A DNA stretch of 64,000 bases. It comes from an uncultured Chitinophagales bacterium (GTDB lineage Bacteria > Bacteroidota > Rhodothermia > Balneolales > CAYWCV01). A program made the translations under genes and the position numbers. Location: NCBI GenBank assembly GCA_964629885.1, contig CAZVRJ010000008.1:4524-68523 (forward strand). Direction: 5' to 3'. A model generated the notes under the pieces. The model worked only from the letters and a program-made list of their open reading frames with translations, did not search any database and was not told the DNA's origin. Shown here piece after piece: positions 46,579 through 56,345 of the stretch (position 1 is the stretch's first letter; each line of letters opens with the position of its first letter).

Positions 46579-47726
46579 TGGCGTGGAGATTTATTCTTGA
46601 GTGAAACCACGACCGCCTTATCAGGTGGGTTCTTGAAATCCAATTCATATGCATCCGGATAGCAGAGCTCAAGTGTGTCGGATACGCTCTGCAGGCCAAA
46701 GCCACCTGGGATGGGGCTAGGGAATGGACCGCCATTGTCGCTCACCGTCAGTACGAGACAACCGTGGTTAACTTTGGCATCGACGTCGACCTGCACCGCT
46801 GATCCATCGTTCGGGCGACCATGTATCACGGCATTCTCGACGATTGGTTGCATCAGGAAGCGTGGCATCTTCCATGCTGCCGCCTCTTCGCTTACCGTCA
46901 GGTGATAGTTCAACTTATCACCAAAGCGCGTTTTTTCGATGTCGAGATAGGTGCGCAGCAAGTCGATGGCCTCATGGACCAATACTGGCCCTTCGCCTTG
47001 CCTGTCGAGAAGCTCACGAAACATACGGGCCAGATCAAGGCTCATCTTTTCGGCTGCCTCAGGATTGGATGAAATCTGCGACGCCAAGGAATTTAGCGAG
47101 TTATACAGGAAATGTGGGTTCAGCCGTGCCTGGATGGCCTGGAGGCGGGCTCGGTCGGCCGAGGCTCGGAGCTGCTCCATCTCCCTGTTTCGTTCGGCCT
47201 GCTCCGTACGTGTACCCAGCTCTTGGAAATTGCTCAGCAAACGCATGAATGCAACGACGTTTGCGATGACAAGAATAATGTACAGGTCAATATATGCGAA
47301 CGCTGAAAAGATACCGGTCGCATTCCATACTAAGTCATCACCAAGAAGTAGGTGGTTCACAATATTGCTAGCAAAAAAGCCGGCTGTGCATCCCACATTA
47401 ATTGCGACGTATTCTATGAGTTGACGATAGTCAAATCTACTCACCTGCTTGTATAATGCCTGAGCAGCCCTAAGTGCCAACAAAGCAAAGACGCCAGAGG
47501 CAATAGCGGAACTTGATGTCTCATTAAATATCTCGGACAACTCGTCGGCATCTCCGATGAATATGGCCATTACCATCGAAAAAAACAGCGTAAGGACAAG
47601 CATTCGTCCTAATTGGTTCCAGATCGACATGGTAGAGCCGGATCGATACAGGGGCAAGGCCACGTAGATCATAAGTCCAATAAGGGCGAACCCGATGGCA
47701 TAAATGAAATAAGGTAGAATTTCCAT
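46575..47726 (-). CDS. LytS/YehU-type sensor histidine kinase (His_kinase PF06580-like)
   Basis: Multi-TM N-terminus, the motif LQARLNPHFLYNSLNSL, and a C-terminal HATPase. It overlaps the response-regulator gene by 4 nt. Confidence 0.85.
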   Translation of the reverse strand: MEILPYFIYAIGFALIGLMIYVALPLYRSGSTMSIWNQLGRMLVLTLFFSMVMAIFIGDADELSEIFNETSSSAIASGVFALLALRAAQALYKQVSRFDYRQLIEYVAINVGCTAGFFASNIVNHLLLGDDLVWNATGIFSAFAYIDLYIILVIANVVAFMRLLSNFQELGTRTEQAERNREMEQLRASADRARLQAIQARLNPHFLYNSLNSLASQISSNPEAAEKMSLDLARMFRELLDRQGEGPVLVHEAIDLLRTYLDIEKTRFGDKLNYHLTVSEEAAAWKMPRFLMQPIVENAVIHGRPNDGSAVQVDVDAKVNHGCLVLTVSDNGGPFPSPIPGGFGLQSVSDTLELCYPDAYELDFKNPPDKAVVVSLKNKSPRQ

Positions 47727-47885
47727 AACAGCGAAGTTAGATTAAAGGATGGTTCGCTGCAAAGAAACGGACAACTACATGCAAAAGATTGAATTTTCCG
47801 ACGAATGGCCGATTTGAGCCGACGAACTGATCGAAATGATCACTTTGTTGCCCTCGATGCCCTCGATCACACGGATGCCCCGGTT

Positions 47886-49601
47886 CTACTGCCCTATCAT
47901 CATCTTTAGCTCCTCGATGCGCATAGAGAGCTCGGAACGGTCCATGTCGCGGTACTCTTCGGGCAGCAGATCTTTGCTTGTGCATTCCATGACGGCACAA
48001 AGTGTCTGAAGTTCTACTTCCTCCGGGTAGTTTGGCGGCAAGAAATCGGCAAAGGTGTAATTAAGGACATCCAATGTAACATTGGCAAGCCCTAAGCTTG
48101 CTGCACGGAATTTCGCACGGGTCAAGGCGGCCTCCATGTCGGCGCCGCTGAAACGAACAGCCCCTTTCTTGATGAGCTCGGGTATTTCGTCGGTGTCGGT
48201 AGCCAACGATGTCTTCTTCTTCATGGCCGTGTACAGTTCAATCCGCTCCTCCTCGGTTGATGGCGGAAACAGGGCAAGGTGCTCTTCGGCTCGGCCCTGA
48301 CGCTTCAAATCGACGGGCATGAGGTCGGGTCGGGCCGTCATTAGGAACCACATGATGCGTCCACGATTTTCGGTATTGCTCATGAATTGAGCTATCTGCG
48401 CGAAAACACGGCTAGAAACCCCGCTGTCGCCCGATGCATTCCTATCGCCGAGGTAAGCGTCTGCTTCGTCGATCATAACGGCCACAGGCGCCATTGCCGT
48501 GAGCAAATTCAAGATCTTCTCGAGATTTCCTTCAGTGACTCCCTGCCATTGCGACCTGAAATTCTTGAGCTTCACCATCGGCACACCAACCTCTGATGCG
48601 AAACATGTTACGATGAACGTCTTACCGGTTCCAACTGGACCGCATACAAGGTAACCCATCGGTAGCACGTCGCCACGACCTTGCTTGAGCGCATTTGCCG
48701 CCTCACGAAGGTGACGCTTAACCTTGGCATGCCCGGCCACATAGTCGAGGTTAAAACGCGTCTGAACAAATTCGAGCAAGCCATAGGCTTCGGCTTCGAT
48801 CAACTCTTTCTTATTTCTGATTAATGAGTCGAATGTAATGGGCTGCTTGTTCTCCTTGGCAGAAGCCATAACCGCCTGGAGGTTGACAAAACTCAGACCG
48901 GCGGTCTGCTGTGCCAATACTTCCATCGGCACGGTGCAGAATGAATTGTATTCTTCCTCAGAGCCGTATGCCCGAATAAAACTTGATCGCTCCTCGATGC
49001 TGGGCAATTCCACACGTAATGCAGTCGTATATGGATTTTGGACCAGCTGCCTGTTCAAGTCGGACAAATTCTCGGTCAACATCACCAACGAAAAGTCAGC
49101 GTTTAAAAACATCGGATCATGGCTCCATCGCAGCAGATACACTAATGCGTTGCGGTCTTCAGCACTGGCCGAACCTCCTTCGTTTACCGGCACGATGGTC
49201 TCGGTGTAATCGATGATCACAGCAATACTTTTGCCATCCGACACCCGCATCCGAAAGTAGTTCTCCATCAGTGTGAACACACGAACAGGATCCTTCGGCA
49301 TCTTTCCGGCATACTCGGTGCCCATGAGGGTGTCGAAACCGCTTACAGCCCTATTAAAATCGGTCATAGATGCTTTGTCGCGAAACTGAACGCCACTCGC
49401 TCTGTCGTAATACAACACGATGTCGCGACCACCGAACAGCTCGTCGGACAAAAAGTTTCGCATTCGCAGGTATTCTGGTTTACCTGCTGGTGAGTACTGC
49501 ACGTAGTCTCTTACGTTTCCGTGCAGAACAAATTGATTGATGGTCTTACTGAAATACTTACGGGCAAATTCACGCGCCCAGTTTGGGTAATGATCGAGCA
49601 T
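47886..49601 (-). CDS. AAA+ ATPase with degenerate N-terminal AAA-like module (Ycf46-like architecture)
   Basis: Walker A GPVGTGKT, Walker B VAVMIDEAD and an arginine-finger region in the C-terminal half. The N-terminal approximately 290 aa lack a P-loop. Confidence 0.75.
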   Translation of the reverse strand: MLDHYPNWAREFARKYFSKTINQFVLHGNVRDYVQYSPAGKPEYLRMRNFLSDELFGGRDIVLYYDRASGVQFRDKASMTDFNRAVSGFDTLMGTEYAGKMPKDPVRVFTLMENYFRMRVSDGKSIAVIIDYTETIVPVNEGGSASAEDRNALVYLLRWSHDPMFLNADFSLVMLTENLSDLNRQLVQNPYTTALRVELPSIEERSSFIRAYGSEEEYNSFCTVPMEVLAQQTAGLSFVNLQAVMASAKENKQPITFDSLIRNKKELIEAEAYGLLEFVQTRFNLDYVAGHAKVKRHLREAANALKQGRGDVLPMGYLVCGPVGTGKTFIVTCFASEVGVPMVKLKNFRSQWQGVTEGNLEKILNLLTAMAPVAVMIDEADAYLGDRNASGDSGVSSRVFAQIAQFMSNTENRGRIMWFLMTARPDLMPVDLKRQGRAEEHLALFPPSTEEERIELYTAMKKKTSLATDTDEIPELIKKGAVRFSGADMEAALTRAKFRAASLGLANVTLDVLNYTFADFLPPNYPEEVELQTLCAVMECTSKDLLPEEYRDMDRSELSMRIEELKMMIGQ

Positions 49602-49671
49602 ATCGGATGTGTGACGTCAATGGATGTTTGATCCAATTTAACGCATAGTCCGCATTAAGGTTGCATCAAAA

Positions 49672-50949
49672 TCAATCCATTTTTATGACACGAACCGTAT
49701 CGATGCGGGTCGGAGTAGCCTTAGTGATAATAAATTTGAAACGCTCAATCATGATTTCCTCATTAACCTTCGGGATTCTGCCTAAGTTGAAGGTAATGTG
49801 ACCTGTCAAGGTTTCGTAATCATTGCTGTGCCGTTTAAATTTTAGCTCAGGAAACCTCTCTTCAACATCTTCGAGGTAGGCCATGCCACCAACAATCCAT
49901 GTGTTGTCGTTCATCTTCTTGATGACCACATCTTCGGTGTCGTACTCGTCCTGAATGTCGCCAACCACTTCTTCGAGAAGGTCCTCGATGGTGATAAGAC
50001 CTGCAGTACCACCATATTCATCGATCACAACGGCCATATTGTCCTTACTGCGCCTAAACTCGGCTAATAGGTCCTTAGATTTTCTAGATGATGGCACAAG
50101 CTTGATAGGACGGATGATTTCGGACAAGCTTTGTGGTCGGTCGAACAGATCGTAAGCATAAACCAAGCCAATGATATTGTCGATCGACTCATCGTAGACA
50201 GGAAGCTTAGAGAATCCGGTACTAACAAACTTCTTAAGCACCTCAGGTATCCCAGCGGTGCGCTCAACGGCCTGAATTTCAGTACGGGTAATCATGGATT
50301 CCTTGACCCGCATGCCAGACAGTTTAAGGACGTTAGTCAATATCTCGGTCTCCTCCTTATCAATGTCGCTATGGCCACCATCTTCTGCGATTTCGTGCAA
50401 TAGTAGCTCGATATCCTGCCGGCGAAAAAGCTGCTCGACTTGATTAGTCTCAATTTTCAGTAATCTGATGATAGTGCGTGATGCTGTATCGGCAACCCAT
50501 ACCAACGGTTTCAAGACGATTCCCACAAAACGGAGAACAGGTGTCATCATCGGAAACATGACATCGGCATGTACTCGAAAAAGTGCCTTTGGGAGGATCT
50601 CGCCAAAAATGAGGATCACGATGGATGCAATGGTGGTTTGAATCACCATCACTGTGAGCTCGCTAGGAGTCGCTCCAAGTACCGCGTCGTACAGATTTGC
50701 GATAGGTACTGTCAGAAAGAGGGTCATGAACGTCGCATAAAGCACGTTCACGATGTTGTTGCCTATCAGGGTGGTAGATAGGAACGCCTCCGGATTCTTA
50801 ATGAAATACTGAATGAAGGAGGATGTCGGTCCATTTTGGCGAACTTTCAGCTCTAACTTGAGGCGATTCGCCGTAACGTATGCAATCTCCGAGCCGGAGA
50901 AAAAGCTACTCAATACGATTGTAACCAGGATCAGAAGCCACTCATTCAT
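49672..50949 (-). CDS. CNNM/TlyC-family (hemolysin-like) membrane protein: DUF21 + CBS pair + CorC_HlyC
   Basis: 425 aa. N-terminal 4-TM DUF21 pattern (SGSEIAYV), a CBS region, and C-terminal AVVIDEYGGTAGLITIEDLLEEVVGDI. Confidence 0.85.
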   Translation of the reverse strand: MNEWLLILVTIVLSSFFSGSEIAYVTANRLKLELKVRQNGPTSSFIQYFIKNPEAFLSTTLIGNNIVNVLYATFMTLFLTVPIANLYDAVLGATPSELTVMVIQTTIASIVILIFGEILPKALFRVHADVMFPMMTPVLRFVGIVLKPLVWVADTASRTIIRLLKIETNQVEQLFRRQDIELLLHEIAEDGGHSDIDKEETEILTNVLKLSGMRVKESMITRTEIQAVERTAGIPEVLKKFVSTGFSKLPVYDESIDNIIGLVYAYDLFDRPQSLSEIIRPIKLVPSSRKSKDLLAEFRRSKDNMAVVIDEYGGTAGLITIEDLLEEVVGDIQDEYDTEDVVIKKMNDNTWIVGGMAYLEDVEERFPELKFKRHSNDYETLTGHITFNLGRIPKVNEEIMIERFKFIITKATPTRIDTVRVIKMD

Positions 50950-50952
50950 GGG

Positions 50953-52269
50953 TTATAGCAGCATTTCGGTGTGTGCCAAAGGCAAGCTAACGGTAAAGGT
51001 AGTACCTTTGCCATACTCGCTTTGAAAGGAGATTATACCTTCATTCACTTCGATGTATTCCTTGGCTAACATGATTCCCAATCCCATTCCCTTCTCATTG
51101 TTTGTGCCATACGTAACTGTTGCCGAACCCGAAAATAGTTTGGCAGCCTCCTCTTGCTTGATGCCAACACCATTGTCTACAATCTTAAGGATCACAAAAT
51201 CGTCGTCAGAGTCAGTGAATATATCAACAGATCCATTATTCCGCGTGAACTTTATGGCATTATTGATGAGGTTGCGAAGTGCAATGGAAACTAAGTCGGG
51301 ATCGGCATACACTTTCTGATCTGTATTCTTGTGAATCGTGACAGTAATCCCTTTGTGCTGAGCAATCGGGTCGTGAACCTTGATAATTTCTTCAAGCGTA
51401 GATATCAAATTGAACGATTTGGGATGCGCCTTCATGCCCTGCATTTGCCCTTTCGACCAAGTGACCAAATTGTTGAGCATCGCTGAAGTGCTCCGCGTCT
51501 GCTCAAGTAGCTGCTTCTGCACTTCGTTCCTCTTCTCTGTGTCCAAATTCATCTTGTTTAACATTTCGAGATATGTCTGAATAGATGAAAGTGGGCTACG
51601 CAAGTCATGCGAGATAATCGACAAGAGTTTGGACTTGTCCTGATTCAGTCGCTCCAGTTCCTGATTCTGCTTATCGATCTCTATAGCTCTTGCCAATGCA
51701 ATTTCCTTCTCCTTGTCGAGATTCTGCCTCAGGTAAAAAGTGATGAAATAGATGAATACAATACTGACGAGGTAGCTTGTAATCAGGTCAAAATACCTCG
51801 AAATAGGATTATCGTAAGAATTTGGAATCACGTTTGGCATCACGAACTCAAACGTCAATAGAAATGACGGAACAGCAAGGTGCATCCAAACCCATACCCA
51901 CTGATACTTTTCCGTAGAGGTAGCAATCAGAAGCTGAAAGGTCAAGAAGAACAGAAATACCGTCGGGCCAATAGATCCTGAGTTTGCAAAGAAGTTGAAG
52001 GTCATCAAGCCGTAACTTCCGAGTGCATAAACAAGAATTGCAGCAGTGTGCTTCCGATAAACTCGGGACAAGGTATGGACCCCAACTAAACCGACTAGGG
52101 CCAGTAAAAGGGTCCGCACCACCAATTCTAGCCCAATCACCGAATTAATTGGCAGAATAGCCAACAAAAGGACGATTGAAATACCTAAAATCGCATGAAG
52201 CCCACGTGTTTCAAGTGTGAATTCATCACTACTACCAACCCACCATTCCCAAAATTTGGCTAAACGCAT
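50953..52269 (-). CDS. Sensor histidine kinase with polytopic (about 6-7 TM) N-terminal sensor
   Basis: H-box ISHDLRSPL, N-box NLINNAIKFT and G-boxes DNGVGI/GMGLGIMLA. Confidence 0.85.
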   Translation of the reverse strand: MRLAKFWEWWVGSSDEFTLETRGLHAILGISIVLLLAILPINSVIGLELVVRTLLLALVGLVGVHTLSRVYRKHTAAILVYALGSYGLMTFNFFANSGSIGPTVFLFFLTFQLLIATSTEKYQWVWVWMHLAVPSFLLTFEFVMPNVIPNSYDNPISRYFDLITSYLVSIVFIYFITFYLRQNLDKEKEIALARAIEIDKQNQELERLNQDKSKLLSIISHDLRSPLSSIQTYLEMLNKMNLDTEKRNEVQKQLLEQTRSTSAMLNNLVTWSKGQMQGMKAHPKSFNLISTLEEIIKVHDPIAQHKGITVTIHKNTDQKVYADPDLVSIALRNLINNAIKFTRNNGSVDIFTDSDDDFVILKIVDNGVGIKQEEAAKLFSGSATVTYGTNNEKGMGLGIMLAKEYIEVNEGIISFQSEYGKGTTFTVSLPLAHTEMLL

Positions 52270-52407
52270 CGGATCACGTTGACATCTGATTTTTCATTCA
52301 ATATATCATATAAAATACGGAAATTGCATCGTAACACTTTAAAGTGTAGTATCAGGTCTGACAATTTATCGTCCATTATAACGCCAAAAAACACATTTGA
52401 GGCAAAG

Positions 52408-53229
52408 ATGCACTTAACACGAATCTACATATTGTTAGCCTTTGTCCTGACAGCCTGCAACGGCGCGTCAAAACATGACGACACTTCCATAACTGACCTG
52501 TTTAATCAAGGCTCATGGGTCGACCTAACACACTCCTTCAATTCGAACACCCTCTATTGGCCAACGGCCGACAACTTCAAAAAGGACACCGTTTTTGTAG
52601 GCATTACCGACAACGGCTTTTATTATCAAGCGTTCAACCTGTTTGCAGCCGAGCATGGTGGGACACATATAGATGCCCCCATTCACTTTTCGGAGGGTAA
52701 AAAGACCGCAGATGAAATCCCACTTTCATCGTTGATGGGTCCTGTTGCAAACCTGGATGTCGTTGACTCAGCCACCGTAAACCGTAACTATCAAATCACA
52801 GTCGACGACATTTTACGTTGGGAATCTGAGAATGGCGTAACTGTCGATCGTCACGTGTTATTCGCAAACACCGGTTCTTCTAAGTTCTGGCCCGACCCCG
52901 TAGCATACATGGGAACGGACAAAAAAGGATTGGTCGGAGTGCTTTCCCTTTCGTTTCCGGGTTTGCATCCCGATGCAGCCAAATGGCTCACCGAAGAGCG
53001 CGACATCATTGCTTTTGGAATTGATACACCGTCGATCGACTATGGCCAGTCTAAGCTATTCGAGACACACCGGCATTTGTTCGCGGCCAACATTCCAGGG
53101 TTTGAAAATGTAGCAAACCTTGACCAGCTGCCTGCCAAAGGCGCTTACGTCATAGCATTGCCGATGAAGGTTGAGCGTGGCAGTGGTGCACCGGCCAGAA
53201 TTATTGCCTGGGTTCCGAACCAACCGTAA
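52408..53229 (+). CDS. Cyclase-family protein (kynurenine formamidase-like) with lipoprotein signal
   Basis: MHLTRIYILLAFVLTAC lipobox and the HGGTHIDAPIHF metal motif. ATG 52408 is preferred over the track start. Confidence 0.8.
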   Translation: MHLTRIYILLAFVLTACNGASKHDDTSITDLFNQGSWVDLTHSFNSNTLYWPTADNFKKDTVFVGITDNGFYYQAFNLFAAEHGGTHIDAPIHFSEGKKTADEIPLSSLMGPVANLDVVDSATVNRNYQITVDDILRWESENGVTVDRHVLFANTGSSKFWPDPVAYMGTDKKGLVGVLSLSFPGLHPDAAKWLTEERDIIAFGIDTPSIDYGQSKLFETHRHLFAANIPGFENVANLDQLPAKGAYVIALPMKVERGSGAPARIIAWVPNQP

Positions 53230-53243
53230 GTGCCCACATAGCC

Positions 53244-54026
53244 TTATTCGCCCTTAAAAGAGGGTTTCTCTTTGGCGAGAAACGCCCTTGTGCCCTCTTT
53301 GAAATCGGCTGTGCCACAAAGGTTCGCAAACAGGTCGGCTTCAGTCTCATAACCTTCTTCGGGCGATTCGTCGGCAGCAATGATGGCCTTGATGGCAGCG
53401 GCAACCGCCAAAGGAGCACGTTTTAGTATGCTGCTTAGAATGGATCGGGCTTCGTCCAACCCAGCACCCACATCGACAAGCCTGTTTACTAGCCCCATGT
53501 TGTAAGCTTGCTCAGCCTTCGCTGGGTTACCAGTGAGAATCATCTCCATAGCGCGACCTTGACCTATCAGCCTAGACAAGCGCTGTGTCCCACCATAGCC
53601 TGGAATTAAGCCAAGAGTGACCTCGGGCAATCCGAATACGGCATTGCCACCCGCAACCCGTAAATGGCATGCTAGTGCAAGTTCACAACCACCGCCGAGG
53701 GCATATCCTTCCACGACGGCTACAAATGGCTTGGGGCTTCTAGCAATGCGCATGAATACAGCTTGACCATTGGTGGCCAAAGCATGTCCAGTTTCCTCGT
53801 TGAGGCTAGAAAGTTCTGCGATGTCGGCACCGGCAACAAAAGCCTTTTCACCTGCACCTGAAACGATCACTGCCCGCACTGACCTGTCGACGATAAGATC
53901 TTCGACAGCGTGGTCGATCTCTTTCATGACCTGCGCATTGAGAGCATTCAGCTTGTCTGGACGATTTATGGTGATTACAGCGATGCCTTCGGGCGAACGC
54001 TCTACGATAAGTGTGTTGTAATTCAT
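53244..54026 (-). CDS. Enoyl-CoA hydratase/isomerase (crotonase) family protein
   Basis: ITINRPDKLNALN, VSGAGEKAFVAGADI and GYALGGGCELALACHLRVA motifs. ATG at 54026. Confidence 0.9.
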   Translation of the reverse strand: MNYNTLIVERSPEGIAVITINRPDKLNALNAQVMKEIDHAVEDLIVDRSVRAVIVSGAGEKAFVAGADIAELSSLNEETGHALATNGQAVFMRIARSPKPFVAVVEGYALGGGCELALACHLRVAGGNAVFGLPEVTLGLIPGYGGTQRLSRLIGQGRAMEMILTGNPAKAEQAYNMGLVNRLVDVGAGLDEARSILSSILKRAPLAVAAAIKAIIAADESPEEGYETEADLFANLCGTADFKEGTRAFLAKEKPSFKGE

Positions 54027-54030
54027 AATC

Positions 54031-54900
54031 TTAAGATGATTCTCGTGCTCTTGTAGCGCCAAGTCGGGATTCAGAGTCCCCGCCGTTGTTGCCTAAATCG
54101 ATTTCGTCGAGCATGCTAATGCTAGGCAACATATCGGCTTCGACTTCCTCCATCAGAGTGGCTGTCTCCTCAACCTCGATAAGTAGGTTATCGAGCTGGA
54201 ATCCTATCTCCTCAGGGTTGTTCATCGTCATCGACTGCTCATAAACGTAGCGTACTGCATCTTCGATGGTCTCGAGCTGCGTTTCAGCTATGGCGAATTT
54301 TTCCCTTGCAGTCTTGAATCGCTCAAGACGCTTGTTGAGGATATTTATTCTGCGGGCCTTGATGCTGCGCAACTTCTCGGATGTCGACTCTTCCATTTCC
54401 TGCCGCTCATTTCGAATTTCATCGGCTACCTTGGTTTCGGTAGACGAGCGCAAGTACATCTCATACTTTCGGAACATATCCAATAAGTTGAGATAGTTTG
54501 AGAGAAGTCCGTCAATCTTGTTGTTGATACTGTCGAGCAAACCTTGTGAGGTGTATGGCAATTTCTGAAAGTTATCCTTGATCAGCTTGCTGAGGTGTTT
54601 AAGCACCAAAAACCGTTGTTGGCTTTCGCGATCCAAACCTTGGAACACCGTGGTGTTCTCTTCGGCCTTTTTGCGCTCGCGGGCTTTGCGTGCATCGACA
54701 GACTTGCGAAAATTCGGCAAATTTGGAACTGTCCCCAGATACATGAGCTCCATGCCGAAGGCCAGCGAGAAGATGACGGTCGGAAACATCCATACATCGT
54801 TCAGAAAAAACGATGTAGTCGTAGCTACGATAAGCAACAGCAGGTTGAGCGGATGCAGGAATGCTTCTCTAGTGTAATTTGTGCCTTTTTCTTCGGCCAT
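54031..54900 (-). CDS. Membrane-anchored coiled-coil protein (2 TM + long helical cytoplasmic region), function unknown
   Basis: 289 aa with two TM helices near the N-terminus, followed by heptad-rich charged sequence. It lies in the same orientation downstream of the pspA-like gene. Confidence 0.6.
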   Translation of the reverse strand: MAEEKGTNYTREAFLHPLNLLLLIVATTTSFFLNDVWMFPTVIFSLAFGMELMYLGTVPNLPNFRKSVDARKARERKKAEENTTVFQGLDRESQQRFLVLKHLSKLIKDNFQKLPYTSQGLLDSINNKIDGLLSNYLNLLDMFRKYEMYLRSSTETKVADEIRNERQEMEESTSEKLRSIKARRINILNKRLERFKTAREKFAIAETQLETIEDAVRYVYEQSMTMNNPEEIGFQLDNLLIEVEETATLMEEVEADMLPSISMLDEIDLGNNGGDSESRLGATRARESS

Positions 54901-54918
54901 TCGTTTTTCTGATCAGTA

Positions 54919-55395
54919 CTAGTTATCGGATTGTGGACGACCGAGCGATTTGCTGCTTGTGTTCGGGCTGAGTGGATTTGAAAGCGAATCGTTCTCGGAT
55001 GGCTTCTTGCCCAGAGTTTTCTGAGCAGGATGATTGGCAGCCTGTTCCTCTATGGCATCGTTGAGCATGCCCAACTCCATCTTCATTTGCTTCAGCGTTT
55101 CGGAAGCCCTTTGCTTACGCAGTGTCTCTTCGTCGGCTGGACTAACATGGTCGTCGGCATCGGCCGACTCCATTGCCATATCGAGTTTAGCCTCTGCGAT
55201 GAAGACCTTTTCACGAACCTTGTCGAGCGCCTCGTCGAATTGATCTATAAGACCTTGAGGATTGATTTGTTGAACTGCATTCGTGATTTTTTTTACACGC
55301 TCTGCCTCGGCGAGCTTGTTCTTAAGCTCTCGTATTTTGAGGTAATGCGCCTTGTATTCCTCTTTGAGTCGATTGCGTTCTTCTTCTCCGCTCAT
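54919..55395 (-). CDS. Coiled-coil protein, possibly a short PspA-related helical fragment
   Basis: 158 aa, highly charged and helical. LIDQFDEALDKVREKVFIAEAKLDMA resembles the FER.E.K....EA.AE segment of PspA/IM30. Confidence 0.5.
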   Translation of the reverse strand: MSGEEERNRLKEEYKAHYLKIRELKNKLAEAERVKKITNAVQQINPQGLIDQFDEALDKVREKVFIAEAKLDMAMESADADDHVSPADEETLRKQRASETLKQMKMELGMLNDAIEEQAANHPAQKTLGKKPSENDSLSNPLSPNTSSKSLGRPQSDN

Positions 55396-55406
55396 GCTTG
55401 CGTCGA

Positions 55407-56159
55407 TTAGGTTGTTTTCGTCTTGCCTAGCGACTTGCCACCCTCCGTGTCGGAACCTTCTGTTTCTTTGTCGAGAAGCGGTTTGGTGGTCTCAGTCTCC
55501 GTGTTCATTTCAAGCTTGAACTGCTTCACGAGCTCACTGGCGCGCAAACGCTCGGCATCCACTTCGATCTCCATAGTCTTGGTATCGATGCTATCGAGGG
55601 CAATCTCCATGCGAGCTTCGTTCTTGGCGGTCTGCTCGTTGATGCGATTGAGCATCTCATCGTGAGTCTGATCCATACCGCCAACCTCAAATTGCTCGAG
55701 CGTGTCGGCAATCTTGGCCTGCCAAGCAGCGCGCTCGCTCGCACGAAGGGCCTCACGAGCCTCACGGATTTTACGATCTTTCTCACGCATGAAAATCTTC
55801 TTGACTTGGATCGCCTTTTCGTAAGCTTTCTTGGCGAAATCAAGCTGCTCAGATATGGAACCAAGTTGCTCCCTGCTCTTCTCGAGCTGCAATGCGTAGG
55901 TTTCTGCAATGTCGTCCCTGCCGGCATTGATGGCGCTCTTGATCTTGCTGGTAAGCTCAGTTATGCTCTTGGTGTACTTGTCGTGCTCCTTTTGCAGAAG
56001 AATCACGTTTGCACGAACAGTCGCGATGTTTTCGTTCATCCGCGGAACCTGATCGTTCAGTTCGCGAATGTTCTGCTCAAGAATAAGTTTGGGATCTTCG
56101 ATGCTGCTTACTAATCCACCAAAGAGGGATTTTAATGCACGAACAAATCGTTTCCACAT
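55407..56159 (-). CDS. PspA/IM30 (Vipp1) family protein
   Basis: 250 aa. The N-terminus MWKRFVRALKSLFGGLVSSIEDPKLILEQNIRELNDQV is typical of PspA, with coiled coil throughout. Confidence 0.85.
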   Translation of the reverse strand: MWKRFVRALKSLFGGLVSSIEDPKLILEQNIRELNDQVPRMNENIATVRANVILLQKEHDKYTKSITELTSKIKSAINAGRDDIAETYALQLEKSREQLGSISEQLDFAKKAYEKAIQVKKIFMREKDRKIREAREALRASERAAWQAKIADTLEQFEVGGMDQTHDEMLNRINEQTAKNEARMEIALDSIDTKTMEIEVDAERLRASELVKQFKLEMNTETETTKPLLDKETEGSDTEGGKSLGKTKTT

Positions 56160-56345
56160 AGTGCCGATAGATTATGATGTGAAGTTTGACGGTAGATTTC
56201 GCCGGTTATGGATATCTATGATGAATATACCTTTTTGAACATTGTCATGCATACCAACTTTACTGACTGCATGATCATCTGAACGATGGTTTTGTTGTGA
56301 CAATACCTATGTGTACAGATTTTTTCGCAAAATGTTACAATTAGA

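Noticed and set aside
47737-48000. 87-aa ORF spanning the AAA ATPase 3' end and the spacer before lytS
   Set aside because: It overlaps the AAA gene in another frame and has Arg/His-rich composition with no motif.
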